Source: the human T2T-CHM13v2.0 reference genome, Homo sapiens. From it: a stretch of 64,000 nt of DNA. Shown here in pieces: positions 1-18,828 of this stretch. The translations under genes and the position numbers were made by a program. The notes under the pieces were generated by a model. It was not told the DNA's origin. It did not search any database and saw only the letters and a list, made by a program, of their open reading frames with translations. Positions within the stretch are counted from its first letter, which is position 1; the number at the start of each line of letters is the position of its first letter. Where the stretch lies: assembly GCF_009914755.1 (NCBI RefSeq), contig NC_060932.1; one strand, written 5' to 3'.

Positions 1-104
1 CCAGCTAATATTTTTATTTTTTGTAAAGACAAGGTCTCACTATGTTACCCAGGCTGGTCTCAAACTGCTGGCCTCAAGTGATCCTCCTGCCTTGGCCTCC
101 CTGC

Positions 105-605
105 TATAATTTTTAAAAATAAATTTTATTTTAGAATAGTTTTAGATTTACAGAAAAATTATGAAGTTGGTACAGAGAGTTCTCATATACTGCACACTCA
201 CTTTCCTCTTAACATCTTATGTTAGTAGGATATGTTTGTCACAATTAATGAACCAAATCTGTTACATGATTACTAACTAAAGTCCATGCTTTAGTCAGAT
301 GTTCTTAGTTTTTCTCTAATGTCCTGTTTCACTTCCAGCGTCCCATCCAGAATCCCACATTGCATGTAGTCATCATGCCTCCTTCAGCTCCCCTTGGCTA
401 AGAGTTTCTCAGATTGTCCTTGTTTTTGATGACTCTGACAGTTTTGAGGAGCACTGGTTAGGTATTTTGTGGAAGATTCCTCAACTGGAATTTGTCTGGT
501 ATTTTTCTCATGATGACACTGGAGTTATGGGTTTTTGGGAGGAAGACCACAGAGATAAACTGCCCTTCTCATCACATCATCTCAAAGGTACATGTGGTTG
601 ACTTG
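105..605 (-). mobile_element. Old L1M 3' UTR fragment
   Basis: Resembles L1MB/MC 3' ends (tttagatttacagaaaa...gtacagagagttc...atacTgcacac); subfamily not determined. Confidence 0.6.
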
Positions 606-1503
606 ACTTCTCACTGCCCCCTAAACTTCTCTAATATTCCTCCTGGAGACTCTGAAGTTTGATGATGGGCGAAAAGGCAGATTTTTATTTTCTGTTCTAA
701 TCTTATTGAAATCTTCCAGTTTAATTATGTTCATGATTCTTGGTCAAACCTACTTCCTAAGTTGCAGCTTTTTCTTATGCTTTGCTTTATGAAGAAGCTC
801 GTTCAATTCAGTTTTCAAATGTTTACACCAGGAGGCTTAATGGTGGCCTCAAAGGTGTATCAGGTTGTGAGTGGACAACCTGTGCTTTGTTACAAGTGGC
901 TTTTCATTCTGGAAAAGAAAATCCCCCCTTTGCTTAATGTGATCTATTATGTTTCCTAAGCATGGAACTGAAGTCATCTGAATTGCATGTAGGTGCCTAA
1001 CCTGAGAGAGTGGTGGCAGCAATCAGTCAGCGGAAAGACCTTAGATCTTTCTCCTCCTGGGTCTCCCCAGTGCTCTCTCTGGTGCCAGTGGCTTTCAGGG
1101 TGCACAGAGCCCCCACGCTTGAGGCCCAAATGTCTGGTGTGAATAGGACTGCTCTGTTGTAAAATTTCAGTCTTCCATCCCAGCCACACAGTTGCTAACT
1201 GCTAACTCCCATCTCAAGCACACCTGCCTTTTTTTTTTTTTTTTTTTGAGACAGGGTGTTGCTATGTTGCCCAGGCTTGTCTCCTGGGCTCAAGTTATTC
1301 ACCCATCCAAAGTGCTTGGATTACAGATGTGAGCCACCGTGCCTGGCCACAGACACCTGCTTTTGACCATGGGCCTTTGTACTCTGTACTCAGACAGAGT
1401 GAAACATAGACACAGTGACCGAACCTGGCAAGCAGCCACATCACATTGGTGAGGTGGGTCTGTCCACCCCTCTTAGAGTGCAAAGCAGAGCAAGCATTTA
1501 CGC

Positions 1504-1875
<372 letters not shown>

Positions 1876-2179
1876 TTAGCAAACCCAGCTAATTCTGTGA
1901 AGTGAAGGAAGCTTGGGAAAAAATCTCACTCCCCAGCGTGGAGCTCACTTAAACCAGCTCAGGCCTTTGATTCATGGCTAAATCAATATCCTTATATTAT
2001 CTTTCATGCTGACCATGGCATGTTAGTGTGAGGACAGAGACCACACTAAGATAGGCAGCAACGCCTGTGGAGAATGAAGGACATCCCCATCCAGCAATCC
2101 TGTATATTCATATAGGATTGTTCAATCTAGTTCAGTCTCTCCAAGTAGCTCCTGTATGCCTTCCCTGGTGACTCCATAG

Positions 2180-2315
2180 GTAACCTAATCATCTGGGGAT
2201 CTTGTTAAAATACAGAAGAATCTGGTTAAGATTCTGGGGTGGAGCCCAAGATTCAGCATTGAAAAAAAAAATTCCCAGGTCATGCTGATGGTGCAGGCTC
2301 TGGGACCGCAATTTG
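2180..2315. mobile_element. MER5A-like hAT relic
   Basis: cttgttaaaatacaga...ggggtggagcccaag...cccaggtcatgctgatg...gggaccgcaattt resembles MER5A. Confidence 0.6.
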
Positions 2316-4974
2316 CTTTTAAAAGCAGCTAAATCTTCAAAGTGGAATCAAACTTCCTTGGGGTTAAGCCTAAGCTGTGCCACTCACTAGCTGTGTGCCC
2401 CTCTTAGATAAAGATGCTATAATGGCCGGGTATGGTGGCTCATGCCTGTAATCCCAGCACTTTAAAAGGCCAACGCAGGAGGATCGCTTGAGGCCAGGAG
2501 TTTGAGACCAGCCTGGGCAACATAGCGAGGCCCTGTCTCTATTAAAAAAAAAAAAGGATGCTATAATTTCCTCAACTATATAATGGGGATAACAATAGTC
2601 CCCCTATGGAGTTGTTGGAAAGATTGAATGAGATAATCCACACAAAGCTCCAGGCTCAGTGCCTCAGTGAATGTCAACCACTGTTCCCCTTCCCAGAGGA
2701 GCATGGTGGCAAGTCCTATTTGGGTTGGTGAAGTGTCATTATATATACAGAGACAGACATCATCTTCCTTCCTGTCTCCTTTCCTTGTTCAGTGAGATGG
2801 CTTTGATTTTATAAACTGGATTTCTATGCAAATGTTGGATTTCCTTGTGCTAATAATGACCATCCATCAATGAAACTCTCTTTTTTCAGTGATGAATGCT
2901 GTCAATAATTTCTAAAGTGATGTTTTGTGCTATCATGTTTTTGAAATAAGAGTTTATCTTATAGGAATCTAAAAGAAATTAAAGAAAATAAAATTGGAAA
3001 AGTATATCTGAAGGAAACAACTCTTTGTCATGGTTTGATGACAGACTTGCCTCTGTAGCTCTTAAAGTTCAGCCTCTCCCCTAGGCAGGCGTCCACATCT
3101 CCATGTGAGTTCAACAATTGTTCCAAGAGTACCTTTCTAATTACTAATTATGTTCTTGTTTCTCTTTCTCTCTCTCTGTCTCTTTTTCTTTCTGTAGAGA
3201 TGAGGTCTCACTATGTTGCCCAGGCTCATCTCAAACTCCTGGGCTCAAGCAATCTTCCCACCTCAGCCTGCCAAAGTATTGGGATTACAGGCGTGAGTCA
3301 CCATGCCTAGCCTATTCTTGTTTCTCTATATTTAAATTTCAACATTAAGTTTATCATCCAACTTCATCGCATTTACTTTGTGATGATCAAAACGAATTCT
3401 AGATATGTAAATTCAGGTGCTTTTATTAAAAAAGAAAAGTGGTCTGACTGATTTTTATTTACCCTCAAATAATTTTTTTGGTTGATAATTTTATATGTCA
3501 GTTACATGGAATATAGCCTAAGTTCACCTTTCTTCAAAATGAGTGCCCTGTTAGCATCTACCAGCTGATGGAATGCACACTTGGGAATTAGCATTTGTGC
3601 CATGGCACAGAAGAGTGTTCGTACATGCTTTGATGTGGGAAAAGGGAAAAAACATCTAGAATAATGCTGCTCCACAAATGTTGATTGGATGGATGGATGA
3701 AGGATAGAATGGAATTAAGGCAAAAGCAAAGTAAGAAAATGAGAAGGAAGATGAGTGGACTACTCCTCTGGGGTTGACTCGTGCTACATTCTTGGTTCCA
3801 AAACCTCAAAAGCTCCAGGAACCTAGAAATGATGACAGCAAGGAAAAACACCAGGACCCCCTTCCTTACAAACTCGCTCAAAAACCCAGCAGACAGGCCA
3901 GTGAAGTCTTTAGGATGTCTGATATGGCATAGTCATAGGAAATATTGACAAGATTTTCTTTTTGTTGGGTAGAAACTTTTCATTTCCGATTAGGGTAATG
4001 AACTGAGTTGAAAAGCTTCCATCATAATGTGAATTTCAGGTATGTTAGCTTTAGTTCTAATCCCTTCTGTAATGTTGCCTAGTATTTAGTTTCTTTGTGT
4101 GCTTATCACAACGGTGCTTATAACAAGGGTTCTGTTAGTTCAGCTGTCACAATGAATTTGTGCATGGATCAATTTACAACAGAATCAAGGGAGATAATGA
4201 GCACCAAAGGATTAGGCTCAGAGCAGTGTATGATTTGATGAAATGTGGAGTTCAGAAAACAGACACATCTTTAAACAAATTCAGATGTGAAAACAACGCA
4301 TCTGTCTACAATATTTAGTATATAATAACGTAGATTAGGCATAGAATGTCTCCTGTTTGTGGACAAAAATATATCTCATTGCTTTTCAAGTTAGCCTGCT
4401 AGAAGAAATGATGTAGTACCTTTTTCTACTTTGAGGAGGTATGGTGAGGATTCACAAAATCATACGGACAGAGTGTATAGAAATACTTGGGTAAGAGGTA
4501 ATGTGTAGCCACCAAGTTGTGCTTAATGAAGGGAGTAGCTATTTGAATTTCCCCGAAGACAGTAAACCCTAGGATACCAGGGACCACATTTTCCTCTTTT
4601 TTTTTTTCCTTTTTTTTTTTTTTTTTTTTGAGACAGGGTCTCTGTCTGTTGCCCAGGCTGGAATGCAGTGGCGCGCAATCATGGCTCACTGCATCCTTGA
4701 CCTCTGGGGCTTAAGCAATCCTCCCACGTCAGCCTCCTGAGTAGCAGGGACTACAGGTGCATGCCACCATGCCCAGCTAATCCAAATCTTGTTACCTGCT
4801 AGAACCCCTGTGCCCACCCAGATCTTGCCTGTAGTATGCACTTGATGAAAATGTGATGAATGAGTGAAATCAAAGCCAGCAAACAGAATGAAACATTTAT
4901 TTATATATAATTTATGAATGGCCTTTATTAACACCAATCAAGTTTAGTTAAATCATTGCTAACATTATAAGTAC

Positions 4975-5281
<307 letters not shown>

Positions 5282-5969
5282 TACTTTTCCATTATTTATC
5301 AATAATCATGTTTTAAACTGTACCATGATAACAATACAACTTTGTAGGTCAACACTGACAACTTCATAGTGTTTAGGAGACTGTGTATCTAAGCCCTTTA
5401 ATGTTGCAAGTTAGCTTTTCTGTTGCTAATTTAGCTATAGTTTATTGACAGGTCACTCCTGGTACTCAAGGGAACTTTGTACAATTAGAAAGAGGCCTTC
5501 CCCACCAACATCACATGCACCCTTGCAGATGCACCAAGGCTGCATGCAGTTCTGCCCCGTGCAGTGAGAAGCTTGTACAGCTGTGTGCTGTGTCCCTGTT
5601 TAGTGTGGCTACCTTTTCATGTCAGATACCATGCTGGGCAAATTACACACATTATCCACTCTGTCAATTCTAACAAGCCTGAAAGGCAAACAATACCCAC
5701 ATGTTATGGATAAGGAAACAGATCCAGAGAGGTTAGGAACTAACTTGTCCAGATTGCACAGGTAAGTAAATGGTGGAGTCAGGATTCACACCCAGTGCTA
5801 GAACAGTCTCAATGCTCTGCTTTAGGCTAGAGGGAAGGGAGGGAGATCAAACACATTAAAAAATGAACTTCCTTCAGCAGCGCAAGAGTAAGAATAAGCT
5901 GAGGGTTATGTAATCTGGAGCCAGAAAGGAAGTTTGAGTGGTAATTGTAGACTTTATTGTGTTCTCTGA

Positions 5970-8320
<2,351 letters not shown>

Positions 8321-10219
8321 ACAATAAAAGAATGAAAGTGAATGGATATTGTGATCATGGGTATAAATATTATAGCTATGGCAAAAATTGACGGATCACT
8401 TGGACACTTATGACACCATCTGTGGAGAAATCAATTTTCTCAAACTTTCGCAAAGCTTTTTATTGTGGGAGAAAACTTAGACTGATAGCATAATATGTTT
8501 TTCAGAATGTAAAATTGTGTGGCTGTGTTTTGGGTGTGTCGGCACATTTTTTTCTGCACAATTTTTGCTCTAGGAGAATAATGCCTTTCGAATGTACTCA
8601 TGATTGGCACAGGTGGATGAAAATGGTTTGTCTCACTTAACCGACAATACTAATCACTGTAATAACAATTTTACCAGAAAATATAATTTGGCAGACATCT
8701 GTGATTAGTACATTAACACATTTCCTGGTTTATTCCCTAAGGCAATTATCACCAGACCATCATTTGTGTGATATCTAAATGCATTGTTTTCTCAGGATGA
8801 ATTTCTTTTTAGACCTGAAAAATCACCTTGATTAAGTCACCTTACTTGCAATTAATTTGAAGTCTTCATTCATGATGAGGCAGGAGGGGGAGGTGAAAAA
8901 TAGCCCTCCCCTCAATTCTAATTGAGCCCTAAGTCTCATCAGGTTTTTCTTGAGTTCTGCTTCTCTACTTCCAGCTCTATTCCCTCTCTGCAGGAGGATT
9001 CACACCTAGTCTCTGAGGCAGGGTGGGGATGCAGATATTGACACACATGCACACACACACACACCACTACCCTCCTCATTTCCCCTCCTCACAGGAACCT
9101 CTATGTAAAACTACCCCTTTCTCAAAAAGCAAATTTGTTAATAAGATAGAGAGCTCAGCTCTAGGCTGTTACATATATTTCCAGCCGAGATTTATACGTC
9201 CAACAGCCTCCCGGATTTGCCACCAGGATGTAAAATCTACAACCATCTCCAAGATACCATGCCCCAGCCTGAGCAATTCATGTGTCTCTCACTGCCCTAA
9301 ATCCATCTATCCCTCTTCCCATCCCTCGAACACATATTTTTAGAGACAGGGTCTCACTCCCTTGCCCAGGCTGAGTGCAGTGGCACGATCACAGCTCACT
9401 GCAGCCTCAAACTCCTGGGCTCAAGTGATCCTCCCCCATCAGCCTTCTAAGTAACTGGTATTACAGGTTCACACCACCATGCCCAGCTAATTTTAATTTT
9501 TTTTTTTTTTTTGTAGAGATCAGGTCTCGCTATATTTCCTAGGCTGGTCTTGAACTCCTGGCCTCAAGTGATCCTCCTGCCTTAGCCTCCCAAAGTGCTG
9601 GGATTACAGGCATGCTGTGCCCGGCCTATCCTATATTTTCTATCTCCAGCATCAGAGCTATGAACCAGTGTTTCTCTAGACCCTCCCTGTCGCTCTTTTC
9701 AGCCCCTGAACTGTCATTATGTCCAGTCATTTTTACTTCTCATTTCTGAGTCCTATTTGCCCTGTGTCACTGGACACATTGACTTCTGTGTTGCCTGCCT
9801 CTAATTCATTCTGCAGCGGGAGTATTTTGTTTGTTTGTTTTTGAGTCGAAGTCTCGCTCTTGTCCCCCAGGCTGGAGTGCAATGGCGTGATCTTGGCTCA
9901 CTGCAACCTCTGCCGCCCGGGTTCAATTTTCTCCTGCCTCAGCCTCCCAAGTAGCTGGGATTACAGGTGCATGCAACCACGCCTGGCTAATTTTTGTATT
10001 TTTAGTAGAGACTGGGTTTCACCATGTTGGCCAGGCTGGTCTCGAACTCCGGACCTCAGGTGATCCACCCGTCTCAGCCTCCCAAAGTGCTGGGATTACA
10101 GGTGTGAGCCACCGCACCCAGCTGGGAGGTTTTTAAAATCCAGATTGGATTGATTCATTTCTCTGCTCACAATTCTTTTTTTTAGTTATCTTTTATTTTT
10201 ATATTTCAAAAATGATCAG

Positions 10220-11110
<891 letters not shown>

Positions 11111-12115
11111 AGTCCTGCTAGAAATTCTTGTTCTTGCTTCGAGGATAAAAATCTAAACTCTTTAGCACCACCTGCAGGGCCCTCCATGACCTGGCTTCTG
11201 CGCCAGCCTCCAGCCGCACTATCCTTTCCTGAGTCCTCCAGGCTTCCCCACGTGTTCTCCTGGGGCTCGCAAACTATCTCAGCACACTCAACTCATGTGT
11301 GACTTCTTGCCACTGTGTGCACACAGGGGTCACACAGCGTTTATCGCATGGGATTGTTTTTGTTAGATTACTGCTTCTGATGGCTTCACCTGTGGTACCA
11401 GAGAGCAGAGCCTGTAGTTTTCATCTTTGTACGTAAACTGCTTTTGTACATCCCATGTTTTCATTTGGAAAGTTTTCTTTTTTTCATTATAAATAATCAT
11501 TAAAGCATCTTCGGAGGTGTTGGTGAAGGTGGTAGATTGAAGATATGGATCTAATTTTGTGCCTTCCTGAAAAACCACTAAAATGACAGTAAAGAGATTT
11601 AAAAAATAGTTTAAACCCACAGAGATAGGAAGAACAGAAAAAAAGACAATAATAGAACAATACTGGAGTTTAGGAAGCAGACAGACATGTGATAACTCAC
11701 TTAACATGCCAAGGAAAGCTTAATTTGATTAGCAGTAGAGAAAACTGAGAACCACCCCTGATACCGCAGGATCCTTAAAATGCTCTGGAGCTGGTGGCTT
11801 GGTACCTCAGTAAGTCCTTCATCTTCATGAAGATTAAATTGATAGGCTGTTTGATATGAATACATGTGTTCAAAAGAGAGAAAAATGGCAGTGAGTTGAA
11901 TAAATGATAATACGTGAACTCCTAGGAAATGAAAAAGTATGATAATTATTAACTCGGGGAAAAATAAAAAATTGTAATAGCTTAATATATGGCTCAGTTC
12001 TTCATAGAAGACACAGTCATTATACAGACATACATTTGGATATTGATATAATCCAAATTACAACATTAGTATTTTAAATAATTAATATATAATCACTGAA
12101 CTGAAAGGAAATGTG

Positions 12116-12537
<422 letters not shown>

Positions 12538-12888
12538 CTAGCACTCTGGGAAGTCAAGGCAGGTGGATCACTTGAGCCCAGGAGTTTGAGATCAGCCTGG
12601 GCAACTCGAACCACGTGGGACCACATCTCTATTTAAAAAATAAAAAAAGTTAATTGAAAGGTCCAAACTGAAAAATCCTGAAGCACAATTCATTTAGCAA
12701 CATAGAAAAAAAATTCCTCCAAAACAGCTAAAAGAATTAAAATATTTGCTTCTATAAGCAAATATTTCTTTTTTAGAAGGGTAAATGGGAGAGGAGACCC
12801 GAGTATTACTTGTTTTTAGCTTACACTAGATAAGCAGATAACTCTTTAAACTGCATGCACATATGACTGAGGTGGATGGTAACTTAGA

Positions 12889-12975
12889 GGGAAAAAAGAA
12901 AAGAAGAAAAACAATCTTTGGGAAAAAAGAAAAGAAGAAAAACAATCTTTGGGGGAAAAAAGATGAAGAAAAAGA
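12889..12975. repeat. 31-bp tandem duplication (2 perfect copies + 1 degenerate)
   Basis: gggaaaaaagaaaagaagaaaaacaatcttt at 12889-12919 and 12920-12950. Confidence 0.95.
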
Positions 12976-14522
12976 TCCCCTAGAGACCCACTTTAACTTT
13001 TGACTTATTTTCTTCCAGCTTTCCTCCCCCATCATTTGTGATTTGTTTTCCCCCTTTTGCCCTCCCTCCCCTCCCTGCCTTTCTTTCAACATTGCCATAA
13101 TCATACTTTATATAAAATTGATAGCTAACTTGTTGAGCACTTAATCACACAGTAGACTTTGGGTTAATAAGTACTTTATATGCATTACTTTATTTGATCA
13201 ACCTAATCATGAGTGATTTCTAAACTTATTGTATCATAATTATTTTCTTATTTTAGCATATGGTCTTCATAATCATCTTTTTTCATGGTATAATAATATT
13301 CCACACCATGGAATATTTATGTGTTCTTGAACTTATTAGACTTTTAAGTTGTTTTCTAGCTTTTGCTGCTATAAAAAACAATGTGGGGTGGGTGTGGTGG
13401 CTCATGCCTATAAATCCTAGGACTTTGGGAAGCTGCAGCAGGAGGATCACTTGAGCCCAGGAGTTCAAGATCAGCCTGGGCAACATAGTGAGATCCTGTC
13501 TCTAAATAGAAAAGTAAAACAAAAATAAAAAAATGGAAGAATATTGGGATTATATATATATATATTCTCTCCCAAAGCATCTTCATAAGGTTTATGCTTT
13601 TAGAATAAATTTTCAAGAAGTAAAACAACAACAACAAAAATTTCCAGAAGCAGAACTGCTGGGTCAAAGAGTATTAACATATTGCCAATCTTAAACATAT
13701 TGCTTATCTTAAACTATCCAACTCACTTTTGCATCTTTTAAACTATCATGCCTCATGCAACTCTGAGATCAATATGAAGGAGAGAAGAGAGATTCACTGC
13801 TGTTTTAGAGACAAGATCATTGGGAGCTAAGTTTCCAAGCTCATACAGTTGGAACAATGGCCAGAAGTAAAATGCATGTTTCTCTGCTTTCTGTTGATTT
13901 CTTTTCCCACTGTGCCCCCCAAATGACATGAAACTCAGGCTGAACTGTCTCTGCTACTTCCCTTCCCAGACATCTTAGCCTTTACCTATTAGGGCTTCTC
14001 TGCCACAGTCCTTTTTCCATTTGCTGGGGGCTTTCCTGTGTTAGAAGGAAAGTAAGACCTCTCTAGCAGCCCAAGGACCTCGCATCATGAAACCTTCTAA
14101 GTTTGGGAATCTTCTATTGCCCTCCCCGCCAAAACAAAAATGGAAAAAAAATTTTTTAAAAAGGAAACCTTCTAAGTCTCAAGAGGAGAAAGTGTGAGAC
14201 AAGGAAAAGAAGAGAGAAACAGAGTAAGCTCAGTTAGAATCTGGGACAGGAGCCATGAAAAGATGCACAAGGAGCAAACAGGAGAAAACTGTGGTTTTGG
14301 AGGACTTCAGCGCTTAAGATTAAATGTTTGAGCTGAAGACAATAAAGGGATTTGACTGGGAGAGTGTTAGGGTCATGGTATGGCCTTTCTGTACTCAGAT
14401 ATATTTGGAACTGTCTTGAACTGTTAAATCTACTTTGTGATGTCAATTCACTTTTCAAGATAAAACTAAACAATAATTTGTGTTTTCTCTTTTCTTTTTC
14501 TTTTTCAAATGAATAACCAAAG

Positions 14523-15476
14523 TAACTTCAAATGAGCATTTTTCAACTGCAGAAGAAAGTGAGTCCTGCTTTGCCCAACCAAAGCCACATGCACTGGGAA
14601 GAGAATCTACTGTTGATGGCAATGTACAAAGGGAAAGCCGTCCTCCCTTACAAAAGCTCAAGGTTTCAGCAGAGCCTACAGCTAATGGTGTTAAACCCCT
14701 CCAAGAACAGCCCCTGGCCAAGGACGTAGCCCCTGGAAGGGATGCCACAGACCAATCAGGGTCCACAGAAAAGACTCAGCCTGGAGAGGGACTGGAGGAA
14801 TCTGGGCCGCCTCAACCAGGTGGCAAAGAGGATGCCCCAGCAGCAGAAGGAAAGAAGAAAGATGCAGGAGCAGGGACAGAGGCCGAGTCTCTAAAAGGAA
14901 ATGCTGAAGCTCAGCCTTTAGGACCAGAAGCCAAGGGTCAGCCTTTGCAGGCAGCAGTAGAGAAGGACTCTCTCAGAGCAGTGGAGGTCACTGAGAATCC
15001 ACAAACTGCTGCAGAGATGAAGCCTCTAGGAACAACTGAGAACGTTCTGACTCTGCAAATAGCTGGAGAGCTACAACCTCAGGGCACAGTGGGAAAGGAT
15101 GAGCAGGCCCCGCTTCTAGAAACAATTTCCAAAGAGAATGAATCTCCAGAAATATTGGAAGGAAGTCAGTTTGTGGAAACAGCTGAAGAGCAGCAACTTC
15201 AGGCAACATTGGGAAAAGAGGAGCAGCCCCAGCTTCTAGAAAGAATTCCCAAAGAGAATGTAACACCAGAAGTATTGGACAGAAGTCAGCTTGTGGAAAA
15301 GCCTGTTATGAATGATCCATTCCATAAAACTCCTGAAGGTCCAGGAAACATGGAGCAGATTCAACCTGAAGGAATAGTTGGAAGCATGGAGCATCCAGCA
15401 CGAAATGTAGAGGCAGGAGCATATGTGGAAATGATCAGGAACATCCATACTAATGAAGAGGACCAACGCATTGAAG
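14523..15476 (+). CDS. ERICH5: ERICH5 (glutamate-rich protein 5) internal coding exon 2, 954 nt, phase 1-1
   Basis: Acceptor ..ccaaAG|TA at 14521-22 after a pyrimidine tract. Open frame (V)[22 protein letters not shown]...NEEDQRIE(G), which includes ORF 14945-15553. Donor GAAG|GTAAAA at 15477. The protein matches my recollection of human ERICH5/C8orf47. Confidence 0.92.
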
Positions 15477-16369
15477 GTAAAAGTTATGCTGGCAAACCTG
15501 GATGTTTAGATGTGCTCCATAGGAGACCAGCTCTGGGGAGTGGGATGGGGTGACTGACACACAGTCCCTGAAGTCACTTTCAGGTGGTTGAAGTTCGTTT
15601 GACCAAACCAAAAAGGCTTCTGTGCCTGGGAAAGAGGCATTCTATTAATGCTCAGTTTGTCAGCAAAACTTTTCCGAAACATCATCTCTGTCCAAAATTT
15701 TAACCTAGTGTTTAAATAGTGTCTAACATTGAAGGCAACATGTGAAACTTTCTGAATTTTTCCAAGTTGACACTTCATCAGGCCCCATGTATGAAATCAG
15801 GATCCAAAGTAAAGGTGAATAGATGATTACTGGAGGAATTCACCTTCCAGTGAAATGATATATACATAATGGATCTTAGAATGTTATTTTCATCTTTGTG
15901 AAGCTTATCTTAGAAAATGACTGTCAGGACAGGGTGCAGTGGCTCACACCTGTAATCCCAGCACTTCAGGAGGCAGAGGTGGGAGGATAGCTTGAGCCCA
16001 GCAGTTCATGACCTGCCTGGGCAACATAGTGAGACCTTGTTCTCCAGAAAAAAAAAAAAAAAGAAAGAAAAAAGGAAAAAGAAAATGACTGTCAGTCTGC
16101 TCTTGTTCTTCTGCAGTTTTAAAATCTGTATGAGAAGACCAGAGAAAATGTACTATGTCTTAGCATATGGTGTTTTAAAATTTTAACTGTATTTTACCAG
16201 CATAAAACAAATGATGTTTACAGTGTTCTTTATTGGTGTTATAATTTAAAAAAATATTTTCTTCTGGGGTATGATTTACATTTTGGTAAATTTTAGCTTC
16301 ACAGTTCAGTATACTTAAGTGAAGCATTCATTATAATCATCCATCTGTTTTTGTTTAATTCTTTCATTT

Positions 16370-16682
<313 letters not shown>

Positions 16683-17260
16683 AATTCTTTCATTTATTAA
16701 CTCAGCATTTTTTGGCATGCCTAAACATATGCTAGGTGCTGAGATGCAGACTGAGGAAGAGATAGTCTCTGTCCTCAAGGGGCTCACTGTCTAGTGTGGG
16801 AAGGCAGGATGTGCGTGCATCACCATAGTCTGTTGTGGGAACTGCTTTCCTAAGAATGTGTAAGAAGGGCCCTGGGAACAACTTGGGAGAGGCAAATAAA
16901 AGCAGGTAGTTTTTACATCAGGATTGGCAAACTCAAAAGTCTTTAGGCCTAGGATACTGAAAATGAGTGAGGTGAAGGACACATGTCATACTGTGGGAGC
17001 CCAGGGGACCTTGGCAAACAGGAGAGCACAGCCTTGTCAAAAGAGGAAGCTCCGCACAGCTCCAGCCATGGAACTAGGGCCAATGTTGCCAAAGCCAACT
17101 TCTCAGGGAAACAGGGTTTCCTGCAAGTGTGTGCAATGTCCAGACTTGTTAGTGTTGGCTGTCTGTAAATGTTTAACGATTGTTTTTAAACACATAATGG
17201 CCAAGCCAGACAGGTTTAGGGGCACCCCTGGACCACCCTTTGATTTAGATACAAATTAGA

Positions 17261-17285
17261 CTTTCTTTTTCTTTCTTTTTCTTTT

Positions 17286-17345
<60 letters not shown>

Positions 17346-17521
17346 TCCTTTCTTTCTTTCTTTCTTTCTTTCTTCCTTTCTTTCTTTCTTCCTTTCTTTC
17401 TTTCTTCTTTCTTTCTTTCTTTTTTCTTTCTTTTTCTTCTCTCTCTCTCTCCCCTTCCTTCCTTCCTTCCTTCCTTCCTTCCTTCCTTCCTTCCTTCCTT
17501 CCTTCCTTCCTTCCTTCCTTT
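17261..17521. repeat. (TTTC)n + (CCTT)n compound microsatellite at an Alu tail
   Basis: About 260 nt of pure pyrimidines. Confidence 0.97.
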
Positions 17522-18566
<1,045 letters not shown>

Positions 18567-18715
18567 TGAGATGATTACTTTTCTTGATACCCCCAGAGAA
18601 ACTTACTGCTTAGACCTGAAGATCAAGAACTGCCCCCATTGGAGACAAACTGTGGGATAATTTATGTTAATTCTAAATAAATGTCTCTTAGTATCTCCTT
18701 TGGTTACTTTTCCAG

Positions 18716-18828
18716 GTGAGACAGGGGAAAAGGTGGAAACAGACATGGAGAATGAGAAAGTGAGTGAAGGGGCTGAAACCAAAGAAGAAGAAACAGGAGA
18801 AGTGGTGGACCTTTCAGCAGCCACATAG
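18716..18828 (+). CDS. ERICH5: ERICH5 terminal coding exon ([37 protein letters not shown])
   Basis: Acceptor tttccAG at 18714-15, phase 1 matching the upstream exon. Glu-rich frame ends at TAG 18826-28. Confidence 0.92.

Noticed and set aside
15477-15553. C-terminal extension [13 protein letters not shown]...GMG of ORF 14945-15553
   Set aside because: Read-through past a good donor into intron 2; composition changes abruptly and the phase-matched exon 3 exists.
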